From NCBI GenBank assembly GCA_030141605.1, contig JAQGDQ010000182.1, forward strand, positions 310,001 through 374,000: DNA of 64,000 bases. The letters run 5' to 3'. This DNA is from Tubiluchus corallicola (Eukaryota > Animalia > Priapulida). The position numbers were made by a program, and so were the translations under genes. The notes under the pieces were generated by a model. That model was not told the DNA's origin. It was given only the letters and a program-made list of their open reading frames with translations, and did not search any database. Below, piece by piece: positions 14,416 through 25,750 of the stretch; position 1 is the stretch's first letter, and the number at the start of each line of letters is the position of its first letter.

Positions 14416-14718
14416 ACATAAAGTAAACTATTGAAATACCGGCATGAAATATCTAAATTAAGACTTACATATAGTAGCATCACACATACACATAGTAACA
14501 CACATAGTTACAACTTACACATAATTATACTTACACAAAAACAAGAATTTGAATTTAATCTGCAAAATGATAAAACTAATTCTTGTTTTTTTCGTAAGTG
14601 TAATTATGTGTAAGTTGTAACTATATGTGTTACCACGTGTGTGTGATACAACTATATGTTAGTCTTAATTTAAGTAGAAGCAAACTCAGTACCTGTATTT
14701 CAATAGTTCACTTTATGT
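14416..14718. mobile_element. Foldback / MITE-like long inverted repeat
   Basis: Arms ~14416-14549 and ~14578-14718 are reverse complements (e.g. acataaagtaaactattgaaatac / gtatttcaatagttcactttatgt; tagttacaacttacacataatta / taattatgtgtaagttgtaacta), with a ~28-bp spacer. Confidence 0.8.
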
Positions 14719-15319
14719 TCCTTTCTAATTTCAGTCACACGTAGTAACATTTGTAGTTTTAAACTGGCAATTATAAACTAGTGTAACAATTGAGCCACAT
14801 TCTGACAGAAAAAACATAAGTTTACTATTGATAATTTTAATAACAAATTTCTTTTATGTAAAATTACTGATTTTATAGTGCTACAATTTTATTACACGTA
14901 AACCACATAATCCAGAATTTAGCTTAAAGGAAGGGCTTCTAATCCACTACAATACTATTACCACATCAACTACATAGAAAGCCATTGCTTTTTAAAGAGG
15001 TATGCTAATGGGCGGTTGCTAGTTTATAAATTGTAGCATAACTACGTGACTGCCCATACTTGCACGTCGACTTTCATCACGAAACCATGCACCCTTACAA
15101 ACTGCAGTCGCAGCCACGGTTGTAGCTGCGCAGTGCAATATGCGCAGACGGTAAACCTATAACTATTTAGAATAACTTAACAGCGAAAACACCGAAATTA
15201 CTAGTGCAATTCTATTCCAACACCCAACAAGTAATAAAAATTTTTCAGTTAGTTTAAAGTTAATTAGTTAGCTAATTAATTTGTTAGTTAATTATTTAAT
15301 ACAGACGTTTATTACTCAC

Positions 15320-15332
15320 AAAGTGTCACCAT
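15320..15332 (-). CDS. Candidate alternative first coding exon of ZFHX (MVTL + phase-1 donor)
   Basis: aaccATGGTGACACTTT|gtgagt: strong Kozak context, consensus donor, upstream in-frame TGA, and phase 1 compatible with the exon at 2050. Confidence 0.45.
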
Positions 15333-16312
15333 GGTTGATGGTGGGCAGGTGTAACTGGGCGCGCCGTCTCAAAAATCACCACCTCTTCGTACAAACAATC
15401 AGCACAACTACATGCCTCATCAGCCGATAAATTAATCCAACTGTTGACGAGGAGAACGGCTAAAACTAGTTTCATTATAAGCATATCGCAACAAAATTCA
15501 ACAGACGGGTCATCGGCTTAGCTAGTCTCTCTCTCCCTTCTATCTCGCTCTCTCACTACACGTCAGCCTACCAATTACGATTTAATGACCAAATTCTGCT
15601 CATTGTTTGGCGAAAATAAATTTAATGCCCACTAGGCATGTTTAATTCATAGCCGAGCAAAGCTGCTACGCTCTACTGCAAACCAAACCTGATTTATCAT
15701 TACGTATTCGAGACAGAGCTTTAGCAAGTTATTAGTTAGTTAGTCCGTAGAAAAGTTTAGCCAAAATTACAGGCGTAAGCGAACAATGTAAGAGCGCGAT
15801 TTATTAAAACACACAAATCAAACAGGCAGAGCAGCAACTAACACTTAGTCAGTTGGCGTATCAGAATTCTATAACGTGGTAGCGTATGCTAATATCATTC
15901 GAAGGCTGCGTGGAAGCTCCAACACCCACACCCCACCATCTAATCCAGTTCCCAAGTTAGAATGGAAACAACATGTTCGTGAGAATAAAACAAGGTCTAC
16001 TTGCCAGTACTTAACTAATTAAGTTTTAACTTTCACTACAGGATTAATATAACATCATATGTGTAAACTCATATAACGTCGTGTAGCTCAAGAAACTTTT
16101 AATCATTGCGAACTATGAGTAAGTTTAATCGAAGGTATTAAACGTCCAAGGAAAAACGTTCGCGATTTAATGTACCGTATAAGCAGTCCTTTTCGCAAAC
16201 ACGTGTTTTAGCGTGTCTTCCGTGAAACAGTACCTAAGTGAAAGACAGATGAATCGATAGTTATATAGTAACGAACAACAGTAGCCATGATAATACCACA
16301 GACACACTACCA

Positions 16313-16606
16313 ATCATCAGCATAATCGTAATCATCATTGGCCACAGCATCACATCATCATCATATCATCATCGTTGTGGTCATCATCATCATCCTCAGC
16401 ATCACCACAACTCCACCAGCAGCAGGATCTGTAACGGCAGTAGTTAATGAACGATAGTAGCGTTCATTAATTCGTTCTCATTAATTTAGTTCTCGTTCTT
16501 CACGAGAACCTGGCACTAACCGCAGCATCAATTCAGAAAGAGTAGCAATGAAAAAACAGCAGTAACAAAAGGGCGACAGAAACATTACTAACAATAACAA
16601 CAATAG

Positions 16607-16641
<35 letters not shown>

Positions 16642-16650
16642 ACAACAACA
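16313..16650. repeat. Imperfect (CAT)n and (CAG/CAA)n trinucleotide tracts
   Basis: catcatcat... at 16313-16423 and aacaacagcagc... at 16590-16650. Confidence 0.8.
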
Positions 16651-17409
16651 GAAGCGTCATAGCGTGGCCATAAATTTTCAATTCGCGAAAGTCCGTCTAA
16701 GTGCCTAAACAGTGTCGCCGCCTATAGCTAAGTTTTCTGGTAATCAGTAAAACGTGCTCGCGGTCCGTAATCAGGCAATTATCAACGCAATTCTGGCGCA
16801 CAAAAAAACCTGTTCTTAAAGAAACATGGATTAAGGAATGCGCGCATTTTTTCTGCACCTGCAAACAAAGAAGCTGAGCCCTGCAGAACTGCGCCTTAAA
16901 TAATTACTAAAAAATCCATATAACTAATAGCGAAAGTTTTCCCCCAAGAAAAATGTATAGAGAACATCACGTAACTTAATGTTCACGTCTGTTCAACTAT
17001 ACTGTCAATATGACTTTTAGTAAAAGTGTTTATTAACTTGCAGGTTGTTGACTGATAATATTATATTTTAATTTCTGAAATAAATACCTACAAAAATGTC
17101 GTATTTATCAAGTGATCATGTGTGTTTAAGACATGTGCACATGTGAGGAAATTATTAGATATCTACATGTAATGTATCAACATCACGCACATATTATAAT
17201 ATATATAGTATACTTATTTTGTACTATGATGTACTATGAAGTTACCTTCACTTTAAGGTTTTTTAGAGTGACGTTTCATTAAGGAATTATATGTTATAAC
17301 AAGCTAGTAATGATAAACCGATAAGTTAGGCCAAGTTCAAATAAGTGTAGACAAAATTCTCAGTTCAGATTGAAATCTAAGTATAGAAATGTGTATCAAA
17401 TAAGTCGCT

Positions 17410-17540
17410 TTTCATCTCCCTTTCCTTTTTGTCTATCTGCGTGTCTCTCTCTACCCCCTTTCTTCCCCTCTTCCTACACCTATTTCCTTCTTCCCTCTTT
17501 TCTCTGCCTCCTTCCCTTGCTCTCCTTCTTCTTCCTTGCC
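17410..17540. repeat. Polypyrimidine/polypurine low-complexity tract
   Basis: Almost pure C/T on the plus strand for ~130 bp. Confidence 0.8.
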
Positions 17541-18059
17541 AACTACCTACAAAAATATCATTGCCAATTCGTCTAACGTTGGTATTACTTAATCAGTATT
17601 AAGAATATGCCTTGATCAAGTTAAAACAACACAGTGAAATGAGTTAAAAGATAATTAAATGATAATTCTCAGCGAATGGATTGATATATTTAATAAAAAA
17701 ATCCCATAAAAACTGAAATATTTAATTAAAACTCCAAAAGCTGGCATTCTTTTTTTTCTATTGCGTGAGATTTTTTATCGATTATATGCTGTTACGGCCA
17801 GGATTTAACTGGGAACTCGTCAACTCTTGAACCCAAAATGCTTTTTCTTTTATGTTACAAACAGTTTTGGTGCGCGAATTTCAACTCGTAAATTTACAAA
17901 GAACTCTTGAGTGTTAAAAATACTCCGATCATACTAGCAGTGGAGACAATACTAGCAGTTCTCACTATATCTATAAAGTGCAGTAGCTATCATTTCGGTA
18001 ATACCATCCAACAGATGTCCACCTTTAATACAGCAATGAAAATTTAAAAACAATGAGAA

Positions 18060-18104
18060 AGCGGAAGTGACTTCTATAGCGGAAGTGACTTCTATAGCGG
18101 AAGT
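18060..18104. repeat. 18-bp tandem repeat x2.5 carrying three CGGAAGT (ETS-type) cores
   Basis: agcggaagtgacttctat agcggaagtgacttctat agcggaagt. Confidence 0.85.
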
Positions 18105-18501
18105 ACTAGCAGTCACGGAGGAACTTCTGATTTACTGCAAGCAGACCTGGGAGAAAAAAATCGCAAGTGTAAACATGTCTTGTAATGTTTAGAGGCAGCA
18201 TCTTGATTCTAGTCCTCTGTTAGTATCAAACGGCGCAAAGACAACAGTTCAGGTGATCACAGCTTTTTCATAGCAGTCAGATAACTGCAAAAAAGCAAAT
18301 AAATGGTTTGAAAAATTTTGGCTCTCACAGCGACATGAACATACGTCTTCTGCATTCGGAGCAGGTACGGAGACAAGGTAATAGCACAGTAATACGCAGC
18401 TTGGAACTGGCAGCAAGAGACTGGCATGATATAGACTTAGTACGTCAAAACGAATCAGTTATTAAAGCAGAAGCATTTTTACAAAAAAACTTCCTCAATC
18501 G

Positions 18502-18692
18502 AATCTGTATAACCTTATAAGGAAAAAACACTTAGTTAGATGTGGGTAAAAAGGTTATCCAATAACTAATTACACTGTTGGTGAAAAATGTTGGTGTAGT
18601 AAATAAATCTGTATAACCTTATAAGGAAAAAACACTTAGTTAGATGTGGGTAAAAAGGTTATCCAATAACTAATTACACTGTTGGTGAAAAA
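18502..18692. repeat. Perfect 87-bp direct duplication with 17-bp spacer
   Basis: 18502-18588 is identical to 18606-18692. The spacer is tgttggtgtagtaaata. Confidence 0.92.
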
Positions 18693-19579
18693 AGCCTAAG
18701 TGTACCTAATAGACTCCACAGAATTACTGTTAACCTAATAAAAAAATGGACTACACGTGTATTACGCATAGCGACATTGACTTGCATATATAATAAATAT
18801 ATATGTTGTCATCAGATATTTAATGTAAGGACGGGTGTGGTTGTGAGCGTAATCTCTTCTTTTCAAACTGTTCTAGCGACATGCCATAAATTAGAAATTT
18901 CATTTAAGAGTGCAATTTACTTAATGTGAGTGGAAAGCTAGCTTTTTGCTACATGCACTGGATATAGAATGCTTGGTCCAAATTAGCCATTATACTTTCA
19001 ACATCAAAACACTCTCGAATTACATTAACGCCAAAATATTTAATTACTATAATTAATTGCATTACTTCAAAATAAGCGCATTCCACTTTCATAACCGACA
19101 TATTAATCATATGACGCCGTTACCACAGCTTTTGTCCTTTGGGCAAACATTTTCCTTCAATAGTACCTACAAAACTATGTTACTTAAGTAATATGGTGAA
19201 GTGCCATGTTCAATCATTCAAATCATACGCTCAAAATCATGCTGCTATACTCAAATTTTCTCACACAGAGCTGCGCGATTTTCGAAGAATGACTACCTAA
19301 GCATACTGTTCTAAGCATATTAAAACATAGAGCTTAGAAATACTGAAATGCTTAATTTTGACACATCTCAGACATACTTTACTACACATGCGTGCCAAAT
19401 TTTCTCAACTTGAATCGCAAAATTTTCAGAACTACTTGCAGAATTTACTGTATAACATCAGTTAATTGTATCAAAGTTTTACGATTTAAAAACGTACTTT
19501 ACTCTCAAACGTCTCATAAAATAGTAGACATAAAAATCTGGCAATGTACCGCATGAGGGGCCCCTTAAGTACGCCATTT

Positions 19580-19629
19580 GCTGGGGCCAAGGACTACTAT
19601 ACAGTTGTATAGTAGTCCTTGGCTGGGGC
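19580..19629. mobile_element. P-element-superfamily excision footprint / minimal palindromic insertion with 8-bp TSD
   Basis: GCTGGGGC (19580-87) + CAAGGACTACTATACAG TTGTATAGTAGTCCTTG (34 bp, 16-bp perfect inverted repeat, CA...TG ends) + GCTGGGGC (19622-29). Confidence 0.75.
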
Positions 19630-20424
19630 CCTTTTAATGTAGTTACCTCACTGTATTTTTATTAGAATATTATCAGGTGATTAGCCTCATAATAAACATT
19701 TTTAGTTAAAATTTGTACTTCCAACTTGTCCTACAGCCAACTATCTTGCACACAGCAGGTAGCTATTATCAATGGCGCGTCATTAACAAAATGATAAAAA
19801 TCACCTATAGCCTCGCAACTGAATAAATTGTTAGTTATTACACAATTCTAACTCCAACATTCAATACAGGAGACCCTATAGACAGTCTGACAGGACAACC
19901 AACTTATCAATCAATAAAATGAAGTGTAAATGTATATTAAAATCGTTTTCCACGAACGACAATAAACCGTCTTGTTCGAATTAGTTCAGTTTCAGCGTTT
20001 TACACACGCAACAAGTTACTTTATAGATCAGAAGTTTTAACGACCAGACATCAACTAAAAAAGTAAATACTGCATTTTCATCCTCATTTTGAAGTGATGT
20101 TTTAATGTGCTAATTAACAATTTAATGTTACTTAATTTGTTTTAGAAATTCTGAAATAGCCAGTCACAAATCTAATTGTTAAAACACAAATGGATTCATC
20201 GGGTGGCAAACATAGGATTCACAAAACAAGTAGTATGACTCTTGTCAAACAGATTAGAGCAGTTGTTAATTATCACGTATCCATAAGTAACAGCACAGGT
20301 GTGTTTTAAATAACAAATAAAGTAATAAAGTGGGAAGTAGAGAAGTGGGAGAGGGAGGGAGTGAAGGGGAGATTTGATTTAACTCTTTATTTTGAATGAA
20401 TTAAGTACATAGAACGGAGCGTGA

Positions 20425-20434
20425 AGAGAGAGAG

Positions 20435-20495
<61 letters not shown>
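20425..20495. repeat. (GA)n microsatellite
   Basis: ~35 AG units with one interruption, ~90 nt inside the ZFHX intron donor. Confidence 0.97.
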
Positions 20496-20499
<4 letters not shown>

Positions 20500-20582
20500 G
20501 ATGAGCCATCGAAGAAATAGGTGCATAAGTCTAATGTTTTTGTAAAATACATATAAACTAAATAAAACATATAGAAGCAAAC

Positions 20583-23500
20583 CTTCAAATACGATTCTAT
20601 CCTCTTCTTTGAGTTCTCGTACACTGAAGAAGGCTAGCAGTGCTTCCATAGAACTTTTCTCACCGATTGCCTCCCGTGAAAAGTGCTTGCCAGTCCTGCT
20701 GTGCACCATCATTTGCGACCGTGTCTGTGTGTTGATATCACAGAGTGAACAGTGGTAGTAATATCTAGCCCATTGTTGCTTCTCATCCGCTATGAGATTC
20801 CGAAACAATTGAGCGTTCATAGCATGCAGCTGAGTACTAATGTGCACTTGAAATTTGTGCAAGCTAGTTGTCTCGTAGCAGCATGCATCGCATCGAACTT
20901 GCACTGGTATGCTGCCATACGGATATTTGGTGTGATACTCATATTGGAGGTCATTTTCAGGACCTCCTTCCCGGACATGGTTGACAAGCTGTACCTTCTG
21001 CAAGTGTTTGTCTGTCTTGCAATGTAGCTGAAAGTTAGCTTTCAAGTTCGTTTTGTAAAGACATAATTTGCAGATGTAACTACCAGCTGATATCAGGACA
21101 GAATCATTTATGGCATTTTTGGTTCTGTCCTTCTGCAGATGTTTGTGAAGGTCTTCCATATTGTCCGTAGAGTAAACATTGCAGATGCAACACTGAAACA
21201 AACTTGTATTATCACTTTTGGCTGATTGTTCAGTGCTGCTGGTCGCCATGGAAATAGTACTGCTTTTGTTTATGAGAGGAGCTTGTGGCGAATTTGAAAG
21301 CACCAGCAAATCTGAGGCAAATGTCCCATTAGCTGAAGACATTTGCTCTTGCTGTCCCATCTCCGCAGCCATCGCTAAGTCCACAGCAGAACCAAACAAC
21401 TGTTCACTCTGTAAAGCAGCAGCTTGGTTCAGTTGTAGTTGCATACCTCGCTGCATGTGCTTCACATTCTGCTGCAAGATCATCATGTTGTGAGTGTGCT
21501 TCTCACTTGTCATGTGAATTCGCAGGTTACGAGCCACATTTGTCTCATAATTGCATACGTCACACCTCCAAGACGGCTTGTGTTTATTGATGCTGGCACG
21601 TGGAGGTTGAACTTCACTTGATACCCGAGAAGATTCCATTTTGGTAGTTGAAGGGACTTGAGGCAGAGGTGTTAGCGACTGTGAAGGAGGAGCCTGATGA
21701 AAATTCTCTGGCATACTACCATTCTGCATCTCTGTCACATTATTAACATGTTTGTCTGACTGCATGTGGATGCTCAAGTTTCCTTTAGTTGTGGTGGAGT
21801 AATTGCAAATCTCACATCGATAGGGCTTGTATCCACAACTATAAGTTTCACCACGAGCTAGACGAGGATGGGATCGGTTTGCCAGACAGTAAGTGCATGT
21901 GGTTTCACTGTCTGGATGCTTCTCTTTCATATGAATCTCCAATGTCTCTTGGTACTTGTAGTGCCAGTTGCATTTTGGACACTTCAGAGTTTTACAAGAA
22001 TTTCGTGAATGCATCATGCTCATATGACCCCCGAGTGACCTGTTCGAACTCAAGAGTAAGTCACACTTTGGACATTCAATGCCGTTGATCTTACCTTCGG
22101 GATGATGAGTGCAGAAAAATGGAGTGGTAAGCAACAAAGCATTGCTCTGCATGGGAGACACCGGAGATGTTATATTGTTTGCTACTAAACTATTATCTGG
22201 ATCTGCAGAAGACGACTCACTGTTTTCCGAGCATGGTCCAGAATGGCTGGGAGACACAGGATCATTGCTCTTTGAACTTGCACTATTTTCCGAATCAGAG
22301 TCAGTCCTTTCCGGAAGCATTATACGCTTACCACATTTTTCAGTTGCCACACAATCGGTGACTTTATCAGTGAGGTTGCCCATACCAGGAGACGGTTTTT
22401 CCTTTGTGACTTGGTCACTCATCGGATGACTGGCACTTGCAGTGGGATCAGATCCCTTCTGGCTATCACATGGCAAGGCTGCCGCTGGCAAAGCCACAAA
22501 TGAATTGTCTGCATTAACAGTTACAATACTAGTACACACTGAACTATCACTACTACTTGACATTAATGAGGTCTCAACAGTGGCCGACTGCTCCGTAGAG
22601 CTTGTTTGAGCACTAGGCTCAAGAAATGACATCAAGGGCTGCTTCTCCTTGCCTGTACCCTGAATGATAGCAGAGAAATTGTCCTGGTTCATTAATTTCC
22701 ATTCGTTATCACTTAATGTCAGCTGATGTTCATGTTTTGCATGAGAAGTAAACGATTTTGCATAACCGAATGATAACTTGCATATAAAACACATTAAAAT
22801 AGGTTTTGTTGGTACACTGGTATACTCATTAGAAAACAACGTGTTCTTTCCTGATTGATAGTTATTTTCCTGCTTGTTTGACCCGCTATCACTCTCACAA
22901 TTTGTTTCCAAATGTGTGTCTTTAACACGATAACCATGAACGACCGGCGCTTCGGTAAATCGTTTTTTATTTTGAAAAGTGGAAGATTGCCCATACAGAG
23001 CAGGATCATACATGAATGTAGTACGCGAGATATGGAAGGCATTTAAAACACGAGGAAACTCAACAGACTCATTAGACACACCAAGCTGATCAATTATGGC
23101 TCCTTCTTTATGAGGTATGAGTGACTCGGCATTGTCCATGTCATCAGCTTCGATGATAAAAGCAGAGCCATCCTGCTGGTAAATGATCTTACCTTCAAAA
23201 GTTTCTACATCACTAACTAAGCTCTCGTCGTCACTTCCTTTTTCGTTATCAGTTTCTTCGTCATTAGTAGCTTCACTGTTGTTGGTGGCAACCTGCAAAT
23301 GCGAACATTCATGGACTAAGTAAAGCTGTAGATTTTCAAACTGTCGCATGCATTCGCCACACGTGGCAGGTTCGTTGGTATTGCTGCTTTTTACCTGAGA
23401 TGGAGATGTGGCAGCACGTTGAGACTTGTCGTTTGCAACTTTGGACAGGTGGACAGATGTCCAGGCATCGGCATGGTTGTTGGATGCAATCGTTTTGGAT

Positions 23501-23628
23501 TTCATATTGTTGTTGAAAGACTCAACGTGTTGCTGCTGAGGTTGGAGAACTCTGCGAGAAGACATGGAGTTGTCCACAGCAGACATGGTCATGCTCACTC
23601 CATGTAAATCTTGAAAACTGGCAGCCAT
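20583..23628 (-). CDS. ZFHX3/4: Zinc finger homeobox protein (zfh2/ZFHX3/ZFHX4 ortholog), first large coding exon (1015 codons + 1 nt)
   Basis: The 1075-aa ORF contains ZFHX-specific blocks: FEGKIIYQQDGSAFIIE, KPILMCFICKLSFG, SRNSCKTLKCPKCNWHYKYQETLEIHMKEKHP, HPRLARGETYSCGYKPYRCEICNYSTTTKGNLSIHMQSDKH, WRCDVCNYETNVARNLRIHMTSEKH, YKTNLKANFQLHCKTDKH. Donor GAAG|gtttgc at 20583/20582. The ORF tail (LLLYV...SLSLSL) is intron read-through. The start ATG is in strong context (aatATGg). The exon acceptor ttttctttgacag| is at 23674-23676. Confidence 0.96.
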
Positions 23629-25539
23629 ATTTGTGCTTCATTTGTGCAACTACCTCATGGCAACATCAGGCATCTGTCAAAGAAAAAGATGTAGTGTGTT
23701 AACAAAATTCATTAAAAAAGCAATTAAAGTCAAATTATAGAGATAACAAAACTGGTTACAAGATACAATCACTATGCATTAATGTGTTTTTCATGCTTCT
23801 GACAAGCGAAATATCCATACGAAATATGATCAATGAGATTAAAGTATAAATTAGTGATTTTAAAACGACAAAATTAGTGACAATTTTTGATGAAGTTTGA
23901 CAAGTCTAAAATGATGATCGATCGCAGAGCTTTTTGAATTCACTTCATGAGGACTGAAGTTCTACTTCATAAGCTGAAAAGGCTGCAAAATGGCTCTTCA
24001 GGTTAGACAATGTAAACAACATTTCTAATTAAGCGCAGTGGAATTTTAATGAGTAAACTGCATTAAAGCAACCATCAAGCCTGTAATTATCATTAATGTT
24101 TTCAGCATGTTTGCTCTATGTGTTGCAGGGACACATGTCTTGTCATTATTTTAATGAATGCGGCAAAAGTCATTGGCGCTAACGAGCGGCGCTTTGAAGA
24201 TGTAGGGAGGAACCTACGAGAAGATTAAAGGCACGCCACGATCAGTCATCATCATTTGGGCGCGTCTCTTGCAGACGCAATTACGTGAGCATCAGTAGCA
24301 GAGCTCCCACAAGTATCCGTTACAACACGTGTTAATTTATTAATCCCAAGAATCAAGGAAAGAGTAACAAGGGTTAGATGAGTGCACGGGTATGTAATCT
24401 AAGACTCAAGGTCATCAACAAGTCTGCATGTTTATAAACAGGCTTCCTTGCAGGAGCTTTAATGACGGATATAAACTTAGCTGAACAGACAAGCATTTTT
24501 GTTGCAATTAATTCGATGATATCACCGCACCGCGAACAATCAAACGATTCAGCCAACAAACGGCAAACTATTCACAAACGCCAAATAAACCGGAAAAAGA
24601 ATTATGATGACCGGAAAGTAAGCAGTTCTGCGATCGGTGGACAAAATGGTGACAATCAGCAGTAATACTTTTCTATATTCTGAGTATTCTGACCAGTGAC
24701 CATGAAGCAAATGTGGTGTTGTTTGAGAAGAACAGATGAAGGAAACAACTGTATTTGAATAAATTACTTCTGCTGTTGCAAAATATTCAAAATGTAAGCC
24801 TGTACTAGCTTTAATTACAGTTGTACAAGACACGCAAAAAAGTGTCCAGATGCGCTTCCCAGTAACTAACATGCAGAAACAGTCAATACAAATCCAACTT
24901 ACCTAGATTTAAAAAAACAAATCAAATTAGCTGTGTATTTCAAAACGTTACACAACTCCAACTATCTATTGCATTACACACATACAGATTTCATACATGT
25001 ATATACCCTCTGTCTGTGTTGTATAAACAGTACGTCTGAGTTGCAATTTCGACCATTAACTCATGTACAGTACAATGCAATATAGAACGACAACTATTGT
25101 TCACTATTGCAAACTTTGATTCGTTTTTATGTCAATCTGCCCGAAAAAATCGCAACTATCACACATAGGGACAAACACGTCCGGGCTAGAAGTGAACCCG
25201 CCGCCACGGCCTGCCAACGGTCTAGCTTATTCTAATGACAATATTCCAAGCTTCACTATCGCGAACAAATTGAAGGCATTTCCCAAACTTTCCCATAAAC
25301 AGCGCACGGCGTAGAAAAACCCAGAATCGTTAACCAAGTCTATCAAAAACATTGCTAGAAGCAGTTTACAGCTTACTTCATTGAGACAAACTTCCGCACA
25401 CGACAAGTTTTCATGTGCAGCGTCTACAGCTACAAACATCCCAAAGTTAACCACAAACACCGTCAACTATGCGTCTACGCGTTGAGTTGTTAATACAGCA
25501 CAGACTATTAATACAGTACTGTTTGGGGAATCCGCACAT

Positions 25540-25750
25540 CCGGCGCATTGCATTCTGGGACACATCAGCTGCAGCCAGCAACACAGCGACTGTCGCGAGG
25601 CATCACAATCAGACTGACAGGCTAACAACCACACGGAGATGACTATTAATTGGCTGGAGCAAGAGTTGCATAATTAATTAGTGGGTAAATAATAGATTAA
25701 TTACAGCATTGCCTATAATCATATGTGCTATATAGACTGCGCATGCCCAA
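25540..25750 (-). promoter_or_regulatory. Candidate proximal ZFHX promoter with Staf/ZNF143-like and NRF1-like motifs
   Basis: TCCCAGAATGCAATGCG (minus strand, 25560-25544) fits the Staf/ZNF143 consensus. TGCGCATGCCCA (25738-25749) matches NRF1 TGCGCATGCGCA at 11/12. Locally CpG-rich, with a consensus donor downstream at 24903. Confidence 0.4.

Larger units (their letters stand above)
2051..20582 (-). other. ~18.5-kb phase-1 intron of the ZFHX gene
   Basis: GT at 20582-20581 and AG at 2052-2051 on the minus strand. The flanking exons join in frame. Small hidden exons cannot be excluded. Confidence 0.8.

Noticed and set aside
16481-16681. Poly-Leu ORF resembling a signal peptide
   Set aside because: Produced by the (CAG/CAA)n microsatellite.
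17082-17100. Other AG|GT juxtapositions in the long ZFHX intron (17088, ~17547, ~19167)
   Set aside because: Acceptor-like TTTTGTAG, but the donors (gtattt, gtagtt, gtacta) are weak and such sites are expected by chance in AT-rich DNA.
20401-20582. C-terminal 60 aa of the 1075-aa ORF (LLLYV...SLSLSL)
   Set aside because: Read-through into the intron and the (CT)n microsatellite past the donor at 20583. The protein continues in the exon at 2050.
20752-23607. Several plus-strand ORFs and one alternative-frame ORF overlapping the big ZFHX exon (likewise 229-420, 1304-1555, 1900-2115)
   Set aside because: Antisense or off-frame shadows of a real coding exon, with no recognisable motifs.
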